Part shown: piece after piece, positions 41,560 to 51,154 of the stretch
Layout: each line of letters begins with the position of its first letter
Numbering within the stretch: the stretch's first letter is position 1
Assembly (NCBI GenBank): GCA_963768655.1
Contig: CAVYIM010000009.1
Coordinates: 160,001 to 224,000, forward strand
Source: an uncultured Chloroflexia bacterium
GTDB lineage: Bacteria > Chloroflexota > Limnocylindria > Limnocylindrales > CSP1-4
Direction of reading: 5' to 3'
DNA length: 64,000 nt
Notes under the pieces: model-generated
Database searches by the model: none
The model's input: the letters and a program-made list of their open reading frames with translations, nothing else
Told to the model about the DNA's origin: nothing
Position numbers and translations under genes: made by a program

Positions 41560-41767
41560 CGTTCGGGCGCTAACGCACATAGCGGTCGTGTTCTGACGCC
41601 GTCGGCCACGTCAGGCGTCGCGGAAACGTCCAGCCTGTCGATGACCGGTCCTCAGCCCGGGGTCGCGAGACTGGGTGGTCTGCGTAACGTGCGCCGGTCG
41701 GCACCCGCGACCGTCAGTTCGCGCGACTCGTCGTACGCGGGCGTAACCTGCGGACGGGGAGGGCCAC

Positions 41768-43141
41768 GTGCAGGTCGATGACCAGGGCAGCCAGACAGGC
41801 GCCGATTCGCTCGATCTCGGGTCGAGCCGGAGCCGGCTGGTCGAGATACGTTGCAGTTTCGCCGAACTGGCGCGTCGTGAGGCGGAAGCTGCCGAGGTTC
41901 GCGTTGGCGAGACGCGAGCCCAGCTCGATGCCCAGCTGACGACGCTTGCTTCGGCTCAGACCGCGGTCGATCCGCGTGCCACTCGGGCCGCCAAGGAAGA
42001 GGCCCACCAGACCTTCCGCAAGGCGATCGGCAGGGCCACGTCCCACGATCAGGTCGAGGCGGCTGCCGTCACCTGGCTGGCCGAGATCAACCGCGTCAAC
42101 GGCGCGGTCCGGGCGGCGCAAACGAGGATCCAGAGGGAGCGCGATGCGACCGACGCGCTGGCAGCCGAGCTCGATCGCCTCACGGCAATCGCGGAGGCGA
42201 GCCGGGCCATGGCGGAGGCCGCTCTTGCGGCGTGCCGCGAGGCTCGGGAGGCGCTGGCCGCCACTCACGGCGCGGCGGTCGCCGGTGCAGCGGCCGGCAA
42301 GGCGAGCGAGTCGCCCCCGCAACCGATCCCGGCGCCCGAGGCTGCGCAGCCCGCCCCGGCGCAGGCGCAGCTGATCGTGGCGCCGACGGCCGCGCAGGCG
42401 CAGCCGGCTGCGACCCCGGCACAGGCGACCACCGCCCCGGCGCCCGCCTCGAGAACCCGCAAGGCCGGCGCCGGTGAGGCTGGAGCGCTACCCCTGTCGA
42501 CCGGCCCGTCGCGCGCAGGCGATGTGGCCGCGAGCGGCGCTCGTCCACAGGAAGAGCCAGGGCCGCCGGTCGACCTCCGCGGGCCGAAGCCGCCGACCAT
42601 CGTTCGACTCCTGCAGCAGGACGGCGCCACGATGAGTCGCCTGGTGGATTGGCTGGCCGGCCCGGATCCCGAGCAGCGACGTCGCTGGCAGTTCTGCCTC
42701 TCCAACTTCGTGGACGCGGTCGTGGCGACGGCGATCGACAACGGCTGCTTTGTTTTCCCGCGGGGCAACGCATTCTGGGATCAGCTCACCGTGGACGAGG
42801 CCAGTGAAGTTGCGCGCGGCCTGGCCGCGCTCGGTTTCCGTTACGACGGCATGGGCGAGTTCGCCGACGGACGCGTTCCCGGTCAGCGCGAGCTATCGAT
42901 GGCCCTCGGTCAGGCGGGACTGGTCACCGTCCGTGTCCGCAACTGGCCGCGGCCGGATGAGGCGGCCCAACTCTACCGCCACATCCGAGTAGACCCGATC
43001 GCGCTCCTGGCCGAGAAGGCCCCGTCGATCACCATGGGCGAGCTGGTCCTGATGCTCGGTCGTCGCGCCGAGGTCGTATCCGATCTCTGGAATGACTGGC
43101 CTCGCGCCCGGCCGCTGCTGCTGCTGCCCAGTCGCGATTAG
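41768..43141 (+). CDS. Hypothetical protein: coiled-coil N-terminus, linker, globular C-terminus
   Basis: Ala/Glu/Arg helical N-terminal half and coding-like codon usage. Confidence 0.65.
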   Translation: MQVDDQGSQTGADSLDLGSSRSRLVEIRCSFAELARREAEAAEVRVGETRAQLDAQLTTLASAQTAVDPRATRAAKEEAHQTFRKAIGRATSHDQVEAAAVTWLAEINRVNGAVRAAQTRIQRERDATDALAAELDRLTAIAEASRAMAEAALAACREAREALAATHGAAVAGAAAGKASESPPQPIPAPEAAQPAPAQAQLIVAPTAAQAQPAATPAQATTAPAPASRTRKAGAGEAGALPLSTGPSRAGDVAASGARPQEEPGPPVDLRGPKPPTIVRLLQQDGATMSRLVDWLAGPDPEQRRRWQFCLSNFVDAVVATAIDNGCFVFPRGNAFWDQLTVDEASEVARGLAALGFRYDGMGEFADGRVPGQRELSMALGQAGLVTVRVRNWPRPDEAAQLYRHIRVDPIALLAEKAPSITMGELVLMLGRRAEVVSDLWNDWPRARPLLLLPSRD

Positions 43142-43165
43142 CTGCGCCCCCAGGTCCCAACAGAG

Positions 43166-43942
43166 CTATCGCGCCTTCGACGTATCGACCGCCGGCTCGG
43201 GTTCGGTGGGGTCCGGGTCCAGGACCACCACTCGGAAGCTCTCCGCAGCCGCGACGCCGACCGCGGCTCCCTGCTCGGCCATCCGGGCGCGCACCCGCTC
43301 GAACACCGCCTCGGGATCGTGGAGCTGGCTTGCGTGGGCCCGCAGGGCCTCGATCTTCCGCCCGGCCGTCGCGCTGACGTCGACCCAGACATCGGGCTGG
43401 TTCGACCACATCAGGTACAGCCGCCTGACCCGGTGAGCGGGCAATCCCTGGCGCTGGAGCCACGGGAAGCTCATCGGGTTGCGGGCAGCCGGGTAGACCG
43501 CATCCACGGCCGCCATGGCTGCCGCTCGATGGTCAGTGTGGTTGATGCCTCCACCGCGGTGGATCACTACTTCCGGATCGCCGGCCAGGACTGCGTCGGG
43601 TCTGAAGGTCCGGATCTCGCGGACGAGCATCTCGCGCAGGGGAAGATCGTTGACCAGGTTTCCATCGGGTTGATGGAGGAAGGTAACACCCTGGTAGCCG
43701 ACTATGCGGGCTGCCCCGCGCTGCTCCTCCTCGCGTGCCCGGGCCAGCTCGAGCGGATTCGCCTCGGGGTCTTCGCTGCCGGCGTCACCTGAAGTGCAGC
43801 ACACCAGCCAGCCCTCGGAACCGGCGTCGATCCAGGCCGAGGCCGTGCCGGCCGGACCGAAGTCGGCGTCGTCGGGGTGGCCGACGATGACCATGAAGCG
43901 CCGTGGTCGCCAGTTGTTGGGGGAAGGCGTTTCTTCGGTCAT
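43166..43942 (-). CDS. PIG-L/LmbE family deacetylase
   Basis: GHPDD, TSGDAG, REEEQ, NHTDH and ALRAHASQ. Confidence 0.9.
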   Translation of the reverse strand: MTEETPSPNNWRPRRFMVIVGHPDDADFGPAGTASAWIDAGSEGWLVCCTSGDAGSEDPEANPLELARAREEEQRGAARIVGYQGVTFLHQPDGNLVNDLPLREMLVREIRTFRPDAVLAGDPEVVIHRGGGINHTDHRAAAMAAVDAVYPAARNPMSFPWLQRQGLPAHRVRRLYLMWSNQPDVWVDVSATAGRKIEALRAHASQLHDPEAVFERVRARMAEQGAAVGVAAAESFRVVVLDPDPTEPEPAVDTSKAR

Positions 43943-44121
43943 GGTGCGTCCTGTCTCCGGGGCGTGAAAACTCACCGTTGTCCGACGGCAACAGACATGT
44001 TCTCAGTCCGCGTGAGCCGGCCGGAAATGCGACCCCGCGTCATGCGAACCCGAGGTATCATGCCGCCCGAGGCTTCGCTCGTCTCCCCCCACGGGCGAGG
44101 CCTCTGTTGCTGTCCGGGACT

Positions 44122-44664
44122 CTACACTCTCGCGTGCGCCGGGTCCGAACGCGACCGGCGATCTCCGGCGGGCGTGTTCAGACGAGCGCCGCAGCGGGCC
44201 TCTCGCAGCGCGGCCAGGACCTCGGATGCGTGATCTTCGGGTTTGACTTTCGTCCAAACGGTGACGATTCTCGCGTCCGGCCCCACCAGGAAGCTGTTCC
44301 GGGCCACGCCCCAGTAGGTCTTGCCGTAGTTCTGCTTCTCCACCCAGCTGCCGTACAGGTCGGCCACGGCGTGGTTCTCGTCGGCGAGGAGCGTGAAGGG
44401 CAGCCCGTACTTGGCGCGGAAGGCGGCCTTGCTGGCGGCTCCCTGCGGGCTGATGCCCCAGATCTCCGTGCGGGCGTCGTCGAACGAGGCGTGGGCATCG
44501 CGGAAGGCGCAGGCCTCCTTGGTGCATCCGGGGGTGTCGTCGGCCGGGTAGAAATAGACGACTGTGAACTGGCCTTGTCTCTCCGAGAGGCGGTGGGTCC
44601 GCCCCTGGTCGTCGTGAAGCTCGAAATCGGGGGCGAGCTCGCCCGCTTGTGGCATGTTGCTCAT
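44122..44664 (-). CDS. bcp: Thioredoxin-dependent peroxiredoxin BCP
   Basis: FYPADDTPGCTKEAC. TGCTAATCT-6nt-ATG start. The C-terminal tail may be frameshift-extended. Confidence 0.92.
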   Translation of the reverse strand: MSNMPQAGELAPDFELHDDQGRTHRLSERQGQFTVVYFYPADDTPGCTKEACAFRDAHASFDDARTEIWGISPQGAASKAAFRAKYGLPFTLLADENHAVADLYGSWVEKQNYGKTYWGVARNSFLVGPDARIVTVWTKVKPEDHASEVLAALREARCGARLNTPAGDRRSRSDPAHARV

Positions 44665-44698
44665 GCAATCAGATTAGCAGCGAACCCTCGGACGGCGA

Positions 44699-45484
44699 CT
44701 AGTGGGCAGTGAAAAGCGCGGCTGCCGCGACGGCGAAGGCCACGACGATCGTGAGCCAGTCGCGCCAGCTCGTCCGAAGCTCGCGGAAGTGGGTGCGCCG
44801 GACGCCGCTGTCGAAGCCGCGCGCGTCCATGGCCAGGGCCAGACGCTCCGCTCGCCGGATCGCGGACACGAGCATCACCAGGAGCCGGCCGCCTGCCTCT
44901 CGAACTCGTCCGACAGGGCCTCTGGGCGTGAGGCCGCGGATGCGACGCGCCGCGCCTATGGTGGCCCAGTCGCCTGCCATGAAAGGCGCCACTCGCAGTG
45001 CTGCCAGCGTGCCGTAGGCGAATCGATCCGGGACGTGCCACTGCTGAACGAGCGAATCGGCCATCCGCGTCGGGTCGGACGGACCGAAGACGAGCAGCGT
45101 CGTAAGGGCGATGACGACGACCCGGAGACCGACCGCCAGGCCGGCTGAGATGGCCGGGCCGGTGATGCGGGCCGGGCCTATCTGGGCGACGGCCGCCAGC
45201 GACGCGTCGCCGTTGGAACTCGACAGCAGGATCGAGAAGACGGTCAGGCTCAGGATGGCGAAGCCTATCGGGGCCAGCCGGCGGGGAATGCGCCGCAGCG
45301 GCAGACCCGACCAGAGCCACAGGGCGACGATCGCGGCGATGGACAGCAGGATCGGCACGATCGGGTCGAGGGTCACGATGCTGGCGACCAGCCAGGCCAG
45401 GCCGGCCACGAGGCGGGCCACGGGCGTGGTCCGGGTCAGAAACGCCGGTCGGGTCGGCGTGAGCGGGGCGGGGAGCACGCTCAT
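44699..45484 (-). CDS. ECF transporter transmembrane T component (YkoC-like)
   Basis: ARRIRG and ALAMDARGF motifs with multiple TMs. Confidence 0.88.
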   Translation of the reverse strand: MSVLPAPLTPTRPAFLTRTTPVARLVAGLAWLVASIVTLDPIVPILLSIAAIVALWLWSGLPLRRIPRRLAPIGFAILSLTVFSILLSSSNGDASLAAVAQIGPARITGPAISAGLAVGLRVVVIALTTLLVFGPSDPTRMADSLVQQWHVPDRFAYGTLAALRVAPFMAGDWATIGAARRIRGLTPRGPVGRVREAGGRLLVMLVSAIRRAERLALAMDARGFDSGVRRTHFRELRTSWRDWLTIVVAFAVAAAALFTAH

Positions 45485-47220
45485 CGGGCGCCTTCCGCGG
45501 GCGCGTCCGATCGACCGGCGGCCTCCGCCCGACCGGCTGCGACGCCGTCCCGCCACGGCTCGGCGGGCTCGTACGGCGGAGCTGCGAGGAACGCGTCGAC
45601 CGACCCGTCGAAGACGACGTGGCCACCATCGAGGGCCACCACGCGGTCGCAGGCCGGCAGGAGCCGCGGGTCGTGAGTGGCCAGGATCTGACCCTGCCCG
45701 GCGGCGCGGCCGCCGTCCAGGAGCGCCAGCACTGCCGCCGTTCCGCGCCTGTCGAGTCCGAAGGTCGGCTCGTCGAGGAGCAGAAGGGCGGGGGGACGAA
45801 GCGCCAGGGCAGCCAGGCTCAGGCGGCGCTGTTCTCCCTCACTGAGCCGAAACGGGACCTCGCCGGCGAGGTGGCCGAGGCCGAATTGGACGAGCACGCC
45901 GTCTGCGGCCTGGCCGTCAGGAGCGCCGGCGGCGGAGCCTTCGCGACCGCGAATTGCGCGAGCGGTGGCACTCACCTCATCGCGCGCTGTCCCCGCCACA
46001 AAGCCGAGCTCCGGATCCTGGAAGACGAGGCCGACCCGGGCCGCGATCTCCGCCGCCGGCAACCGCGCTGGGTCCCGCATCGGTTCGGCCGTCTCAGCGT
46101 CAGCTGGCAACGCGCGCAGCCGCACGGATCCCGCCGCCGGCCGCAGCAGCCCCGCCAGTGCGAACAGCAGGCTCGACTTGCCGGCGCCGTTCGGCCCGAC
46201 GAGGGCGATGCGCTCGCCTGCCCGCACGGACATCGACACGCCGGCCAGGGCCACCCGCCTCCCGCTCGCGTCGGCGGGGTACTCGACGCAAACGCCGGTG
46301 GCCTCGAGCAGCGGCACGGCTTCCATCGCGCGACTGCCCGCAGGCGCCTGCTCGACTGCCGATTCGAAGGGCGGCTCCGCCGGCGGCGCTCCGGCTCGGG
46401 CATCGGCCAGATGCGCTCCTTGCCAGGACCGCGGTACCCAGGCGCCACTCCGCTCGAGCAACTCGACCGCCTGACGACCGACTGCGCCGGCCGGGGCGAA
46501 TGCCAGCTGGTGGCCCTCATCGTCGAGCAGGAGAACCTCGTCGGCCAGAGGCAAGGCCGCTTCGAGCCTGTGCTCGATCAGGACGATGGTGTGCTCGCGG
46601 CGCCGAGCCAGCCCGGCCAGCCGCTCGAAGACGCCATACATCCCCGGTGGGTCGAGATTCGCCGTTGGCTCGTCCAGGACCAGCAGCCCCGGGCGGGCCG
46701 CGAGCACGTCGGCGATCGCTAGGCGTTGCTTCTCGCCGCCAGAGAGAGTGACTGTGCCCCGCGGTTCGAAGCCTGCCAGGCCCACCTGCGCCAGCGCTTC
46801 GGGAACGCCCGACACCATCTGAGCCCGCGACCAGGCGCGGTTCTCCAGGCCGAAGGCGACCTCGTCGTCGACCCTGCTCATGACCAGCTGGCTGTCGGGG
46901 TCCTGGAAGACCAGGCCGATCCGCTCGCCCAGCAGCCGGGCCGGAGTCTCGGCGACTTCGACCCCTCCGACCCGGAGGCTGCCCCGCCAGCTGCCGGGAA
47001 GTACCTGTGGGACCAGCCCGGCGAGGGCGCGCGCCAGTGTGCTCTTGCCCGATCCCGAAGGGCCGAGAACGAGCAGCACGTGCCCAGGCTCGAGTCGGAA
47101 CGTCAGGCCCTCGATGGCAGGTCTGGATCTGCCGGCGTACGTCCAGCCGAGTCCGGCCGCCTCGATCGAAGGCGGGGCGGCCGGATTCGTTGCGGGCCGG
47201 CCAGCCGCGACTCCGGTCAC
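45481..47220 (-). CDS. ECF transporter duplicated ATPase (YkoD-like)
   Basis: Two ABC cassettes (GPSGSGKST/LSGGEKQR and GPNGAGKSS/LSEGEQRR). GTG 47220 overlaps the upstream stop. Confidence 0.9.
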   Translation of the reverse strand: MTGVAAGRPATNPAAPPSIEAAGLGWTYAGRSRPAIEGLTFRLEPGHVLLVLGPSGSGKSTLARALAGLVPQVLPGSWRGSLRVGGVEVAETPARLLGERIGLVFQDPDSQLVMSRVDDEVAFGLENRAWSRAQMVSGVPEALAQVGLAGFEPRGTVTLSGGEKQRLAIADVLAARPGLLVLDEPTANLDPPGMYGVFERLAGLARRREHTIVLIEHRLEAALPLADEVLLLDDEGHQLAFAPAGAVGRQAVELLERSGAWVPRSWQGAHLADARAGAPPAEPPFESAVEQAPAGSRAMEAVPLLEATGVCVEYPADASGRRVALAGVSMSVRAGERIALVGPNGAGKSSLLFALAGLLRPAAGSVRLRALPADAETAEPMRDPARLPAAEIAARVGLVFQDPELGFVAGTARDEVSATARAIRGREGSAAGAPDGQAADGVLVQFGLGHLAGEVPFRLSEGEQRRLSLAALALRPPALLLLDEPTFGLDRRGTAAVLALLDGGRAAGQGQILATHDPRLLPACDRVVALDGGHVVFDGSVDAFLAAPPYEPAEPWRDGVAAGRAEAAGRSDAPAEGAR

Positions 47221-47793
47221 TCCCCGGATGGGAACGTCTGAAGCGCGCCCGTCTGTCGGAGCGCCCGGACGAGCAGCCAGCCGCCGATGCCGGCGACGAT
47301 CGCGCCCGACCCGATCTCGAGGACGGCTATTCCGGCCTGGAGTTGCGGCGTGTAGGTCGGGAAGTAGACCGGGATGTCGTGCAGAGCCTCGCCCACGCCC
47401 GCGCCCGCGCCGGCCAGCAGGGCCATCAGCGGGCCGAACGAGCGGTACATCACAAAGCCGAAGAGGATTTCGGCGCCTGCGCCCTGGACGAAGCCCGAGA
47501 GGAGAGTGTCGAGCCCCCACTGGCTGCCCAGGATGACCGACACGATCGCTGCCACCATTTCGGCGAAGAGGGCGGCGCCCGGCTTGCGCACGACCAGCGG
47601 AGCGACTACGGCCGGCATTACCCAGACACCGCTGATGACGTACTCCCACGGTTCGCCAAGGGGCTTCAGCCATATCCAGACGAAGGCGTTCCAGAACCAG
47701 AAGACAACGCCGAAGGCGACCGAGATCGCGGCCACGACGAGAATGTCGACCGTTCTCCAACGCGCAGAATTCGGCCGGCGATCCGCCGGTCAT
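47217..47793 (-). CDS. ECF S component for thiamine or a precursor (YkoE-like), apparent frameshift near the 5' end
   Basis: WRTVDILV..FGVVFW..RKPGAALFAE..QGAGAE. Removing one base at 47768-47769 links ATG 47793 to this frame. Confidence 0.85.
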
Positions 47794-47813
47794 CCTGGAT
47801 CCGAGGACGCTGT

Positions 47814-48527
47814 TCACATCTGATCTCCTGTTCCGGGTCGTTGGTACTCCGAGTCCGTTCTGGTTTCGACGATCAGCAATTGGCCGTGGCGGAGCGCCAC
47901 GCTCGCCTCGGCCCTAATGCGCACGTTCGAGAGCCCGCGTGCCGGGCCTGCTTGCAGGTTTTCGTTGAGGAGCGGGTACAGGAGCCCCGATGTCGAAACG
48001 CCCTCGGTCGGCTCGCCGAGCGGCAGCAGGGATACCAGGTCGCCGGCGGTCCCCGCGAGATCGAGCCGGACCGCGGCGCCGTCCCCCGCCGGAGCGCGCA
48101 GGAGGCGCACGCGCGTGGTCGCGTCGAGCAACTCCACCTCAGCAGTGCCAGGGTCCGGAAGAGCGAGCAGACCGACGTTCGCGAGGGCATGGTCGAAGCG
48201 CAGCCCGCCAAGGGCCCCCAGGATGGTCACGTGGGTCGCCCCCCGCCGGAGAGATGCCGTGAGTGCCAGCTCCGTATCGGATTCGTCCTTGGCTGTGGGT
48301 GAGCGCTCGATCGGGATGCCCTGCGCGGCCACTTCCCTGTAGCGAGTCTCGGGCAGCGAATCGGCGTCGCCGACGAGCAATGCCGGCCGCAGGCCGAGCG
48401 CCACGGCCTTGTCCCAGCCTCCGTCGGCGGCCACTACCAGATCGACGTCTCCGTCCCAGCAGGGCCAACCCGCGTCCAGAGCGGAGCGGCTCGGGACGTC
48501 ACCGTCGGCGACGATCAGCGCACGCAC
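47814..48527 (-). CDS. thiN: Thiamine pyrophosphokinase
   Basis: VAADGG, VGDADS, KDESDTELA, GALGGLRFDH and GLSN. Confidence 0.92.
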   Translation of the reverse strand: MRALIVADGDVPSRSALDAGWPCWDGDVDLVVAADGGWDKAVALGLRPALLVGDADSLPETRYREVAAQGIPIERSPTAKDESDTELALTASLRRGATHVTILGALGGLRFDHALANVGLLALPDPGTAEVELLDATTRVRLLRAPAGDGAAVRLDLAGTAGDLVSLLPLGEPTEGVSTSGLLYPLLNENLQAGPARGLSNVRIRAEASVALRHGQLLIVETRTDSEYQRPGTGDQM

Positions 48528-48682
48528 GGTCGTCCGTTCTCGGCCGCCGCGGCGAACGCTGCGGCGGCCGTCCCGGCAGTCGAAAAGGCAGTCGAAACCC
48601 GGCGCCCCAACGCGACGCGTTCGGCCGTCTGTTGGCGCATGGAAAACACCTCCATCGAGCTCGACAGAGGTGCTCCGTGCTT

Positions 48683-48775
48683 GACTCCCTTCGCCGGCAT
48701 GATCCGGATCAGGTTCCAAGGGTCTGCGGATGTGGCTCCGCACTCTCAGCGCCGCCCCGGCGCTCCCCTGTCTTT
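48683..48775 (-). ncRNA. TPP riboswitch
   Basis: Minus strand reads AGGGGAGC..GCTGAGAG..GACCCTTGGAACCTGATCCGGATCATGCCGGCGAAGGGAG, upstream of thiN-ykoEDC. Confidence 0.95.
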
Positions 48776-49038
48776 GTTCTGTTGTTTGGTGACTGTACAC
48801 CCGCGCGGAGGAGCCTCGCCAGCCGGTTGCGGGTTGCGCAGATGCCGTGCGAAGAACGATTCCGGCAGCTACGATCCAAAGCGGCGCATGCGACGAATTG
48901 ACTACAGAAAGTCTGGGAACCAAAGGTGCACGATTGGGGTCCTTAAGTTGAGGGACCGCGTCCTCCGACTGTTGGATTGCATCCCACTCGCCGATACTCT
49001 CAACGAAACCAAGTCGAACGCATGGTAGATTTCGAGCC

Positions 49039-49602
49039 GTGAGCGACCTGTCGCACCCAGCTATCCAGCGCGTTGTCCAGGCGGCGGCCCGCAAGGGCGT
49101 CAAGCTGGACATAACCATCTTCGATGACTCGACTCACACCGCCGAAGAGGCGGCTGCGGTCGTTGGCGCGGATCTTGGGCAGATCGTCAAGTCGCTCGTC
49201 TTCGTCGCGCCGAGGGCCGGCGGGCGCCTGGTCCCGATCGTGTGTCTGGTTTCCGGCCGCAACCGGGTCGACCTCGCGCAGCTGGCCGCGGTGACTGGCG
49301 AGGCCGCCATCCGGCGAGCCACTGCTCGTGAAGCGCGCGACCTTACCGGTTTCTCCATCGGCGGGATTCCGCCCTTCGGTCATGGCCACGACGTCCGCGT
49401 CGTGATGGATCCGGATCTGTGCCCCTACCCGGTGGTCTGGGCCTCGGCCGGCACCGATGCAGCCATCTTCCCGGTCCCGCCGGGCACGCTGAGGATCCTT
49501 GCCAACGCCCTGGTCGCGCCTATCGCCGAAGAGGCCTGGATCCCGGCCTCGATCGGGATCGACACGCGGTTGCGCTTCGAGACAGGCGGGTCGACGGCCT
49601 AG
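49039..49602 (+). CDS. YbaK/EbsC family aminoacyl-tRNA deacylase
   Basis: THTAEEAA, QIVKSLVF, TGFSIGGIPPFG and WASAG. TGGTAGATT-7nt-GTG start. Confidence 0.9.
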   Translation: MSDLSHPAIQRVVQAAARKGVKLDITIFDDSTHTAEEAAAVVGADLGQIVKSLVFVAPRAGGRLVPIVCLVSGRNRVDLAQLAAVTGEAAIRRATAREARDLTGFSIGGIPPFGHGHDVRVVMDPDLCPYPVVWASAGTDAAIFPVPPGTLRILANALVAPIAEEAWIPASIGIDTRLRFETGGSTA

Positions 49603-49798
49603 CCTGGAGCAGCGGCCGCGCTTCGCGGATCGTCGGTCCGGGGAGCGTGGTCCGAGTCGGCGACAGTTCGACAGCGACTGCACCTGTAGTTCCCCGGCAC
49701 ATGCGCGCGCCAGTGCCGGAATCCGGCGGCTGACTGAACGAGAGGCAAGGCTGCCGGAGCCGCGGCCGACGCCGATCCTGGACGTTTCGCGGCGGTGG

Positions 49799-49908
49799 TC
49801 TTCCACAGATTGGGCAGAGAGGGTGCATAAGGGGTGGATAAGTGGCCTGCCTCTGGTTGGATCTAGGTGTACAACCCGATTGAACGGGGCCACCCCCGCA
49901 TGTAGCGT
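49799..49908 (+). promoter_or_regulatory. DnaA-box-like sites followed by a sigma70-like promoter
   Basis: TCTTCCACA 49799-49807, rc TTATGCACC 49822-49830, rc TTATCCACC 49833-49841. TTGAAC (49880), N17, TAGCGT (49903-49908). Confidence 0.45.
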
Positions 49909-49915
49909 ACCGACC

Positions 49916-50001
49916 ACGCCCGAAGGGGCTGAGCGACTGCTAGTGGCAGCGATGGCATCAAAGCCCACGCAGCGAGAAGGTTCCTTCGGGCGTTTTCTCT
50001 T
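49916..50001 (+). ncRNA. Candidate structured small RNA
   Basis: ACGCCCGAAGG (49916-49926) pairs with CCTTCGGGCGT (49983-49993), followed by a T-rich tract. It has internal stems, starts 7 nt after a -10-like hexamer, and has no downstream same-strand gene. Confidence 0.4.
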
Positions 50002-50096
50002 GCCCGCACCAGCCGTCGGCGCTGCCTGTCGCGCCTTGTGGCGCCTTGGCTCTGGCTCCAACTCGACGCGCCTACCGCTGCCCAGAAGCGACGAAC

Positions 50097-50933
50097 CTAG
50101 CGGCGTCTGATGCGCAACCGGCGGTCCGCCTCGAGGCCGTATTCCTCGGCCGCACTCTGCAGGTTTACGGCCAGCGCCAGACGGCCGTATGAATCCAGGC
50201 AAATCAGCGGCTCGCCGGGCTCGGCGTCGCCGTACGTGAGTCGCCAGCGCAGGTCGATACCGTTTGGGCCGCCAAGCGCAGATCCGTCCGCGGCCTCGAC
50301 TCTCAGCTCGTCGCCATTCGACACTCGTCCGATGGCTGCCTCGAGATCCGCCGGCTCCGCCATCAGCTGTACGTTCCCCCATGTGTCGACGAAGACGACG
50401 CTGGCATCCAGGTATCCGGACGAATGCTCGGGCGCGGGAGTGTCCAGGTGGACGAGCGAAGCAGGGTCGAACGCCGGTCCGAATGCGTCCAGCGCCACCC
50501 CGCTGGCGAGATAGGCCGCGGCGGGCGCGAAGACGTCGCGGGCGTGGAATGTTCTGCTTACCGTGGCGAGCCGGTAGGCCCGAGCCTCGAGCAGGTTTGC
50601 CGCCACGATCCCGCCGAGCCGCTCGGCGGCGGGCAGCAACAGGCCGTTGTCCGGCCCTACGAGGTGGTCTCCGCGACCGGTTCGGAGCGCGATGGCGCGC
50701 CGTTCGGTCCCGACGCCGGGGTCCACGACGGCGAGATGGACGCCGGCGGGAAGGTATGGCAGCGCGGCCCACAGGATGGCGGCGCCATGGGCGACGCAGT
50801 GGCGCGCAATGCCGTGGCTGATGTCGATGAGCCGGAGATCGGGGTTGATGCGCAGAATGATGCCCTTGCAGGCCGCCACCGACGGATCGGCCAGTCCGAA
50901 ATCGGTCAGGAGCGAAACAAAGGGCGCAGACAC
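50097..50933 (-). CDS. SAM hydroxide adenosyltransferase (DUF62; fluorinase/chlorinase superfamily)
   Basis: LLTDFG, DISH, AVVDPGVGTERR, GPDNG, TFHARDVFAP and DTWGN. The Asp/Arg/His residues typical of SAM hydrolases are present. Confidence 0.9.
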   Translation of the reverse strand: MSAPFVSLLTDFGLADPSVAACKGIILRINPDLRLIDISHGIARHCVAHGAAILWAALPYLPAGVHLAVVDPGVGTERRAIALRTGRGDHLVGPDNGLLLPAAERLGGIVAANLLEARAYRLATVSRTFHARDVFAPAAAYLASGVALDAFGPAFDPASLVHLDTPAPEHSSGYLDASVVFVDTWGNVQLMAEPADLEAAIGRVSNGDELRVEAADGSALGGPNGIDLRWRLTYGDAEPGEPLICLDSYGRLALAVNLQSAAEEYGLEADRRLRIRRR

Positions 50934-51154
50934 TGGCAGCATCGTAGACCCCGCAGTGCGATGCCGCGAACCGCATGTGCCGAGAACCGCGCCCGACAAA
51001 CGTCGAGGCGGCGCCCCCGGGAGAGAGGGCGCCGCCTCGAGCGTTGCCCGTTTCGAGGTGGAGGAGGAGGCCTCGAAACGGCGGGCTCTCTTGAGTTGTC
51101 GTGGCGTGCCAGCGGGGCAGCCGGTCGCCGCCAGCCGATCGGGCGATCGATCGG

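Noticed and set aside
13851-47772. Programmed frameshifting or true pseudogenisation
   Set aside because: No slippery heptamers or stimulators, no other decay, all shifts have the same sign, and apparently core genes such as pntB are affected; sequence error is more parsimonious.
47221-47817. N-terminal 200 aa of the 778-aa ABC ORF
   Set aside because: It overlaps the S-component gene in another frame; the ATPase starts at 47220.
48528-49118. N-terminal extension of thiN
   Set aside because: It runs through the TPP riboswitch and into ybaK; family homology starts at 48527.
49799-49908. Replication origin
   Set aside because: Few imperfect boxes, no AT-rich unwinding element, and no dnaA or dnaN nearby.
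50097-50933. Fluorinase/chlorinase (halogenase)
   Set aside because: It retains the DUF62 hydrolase Asp/Arg/His pattern and has no biosynthetic cluster context.
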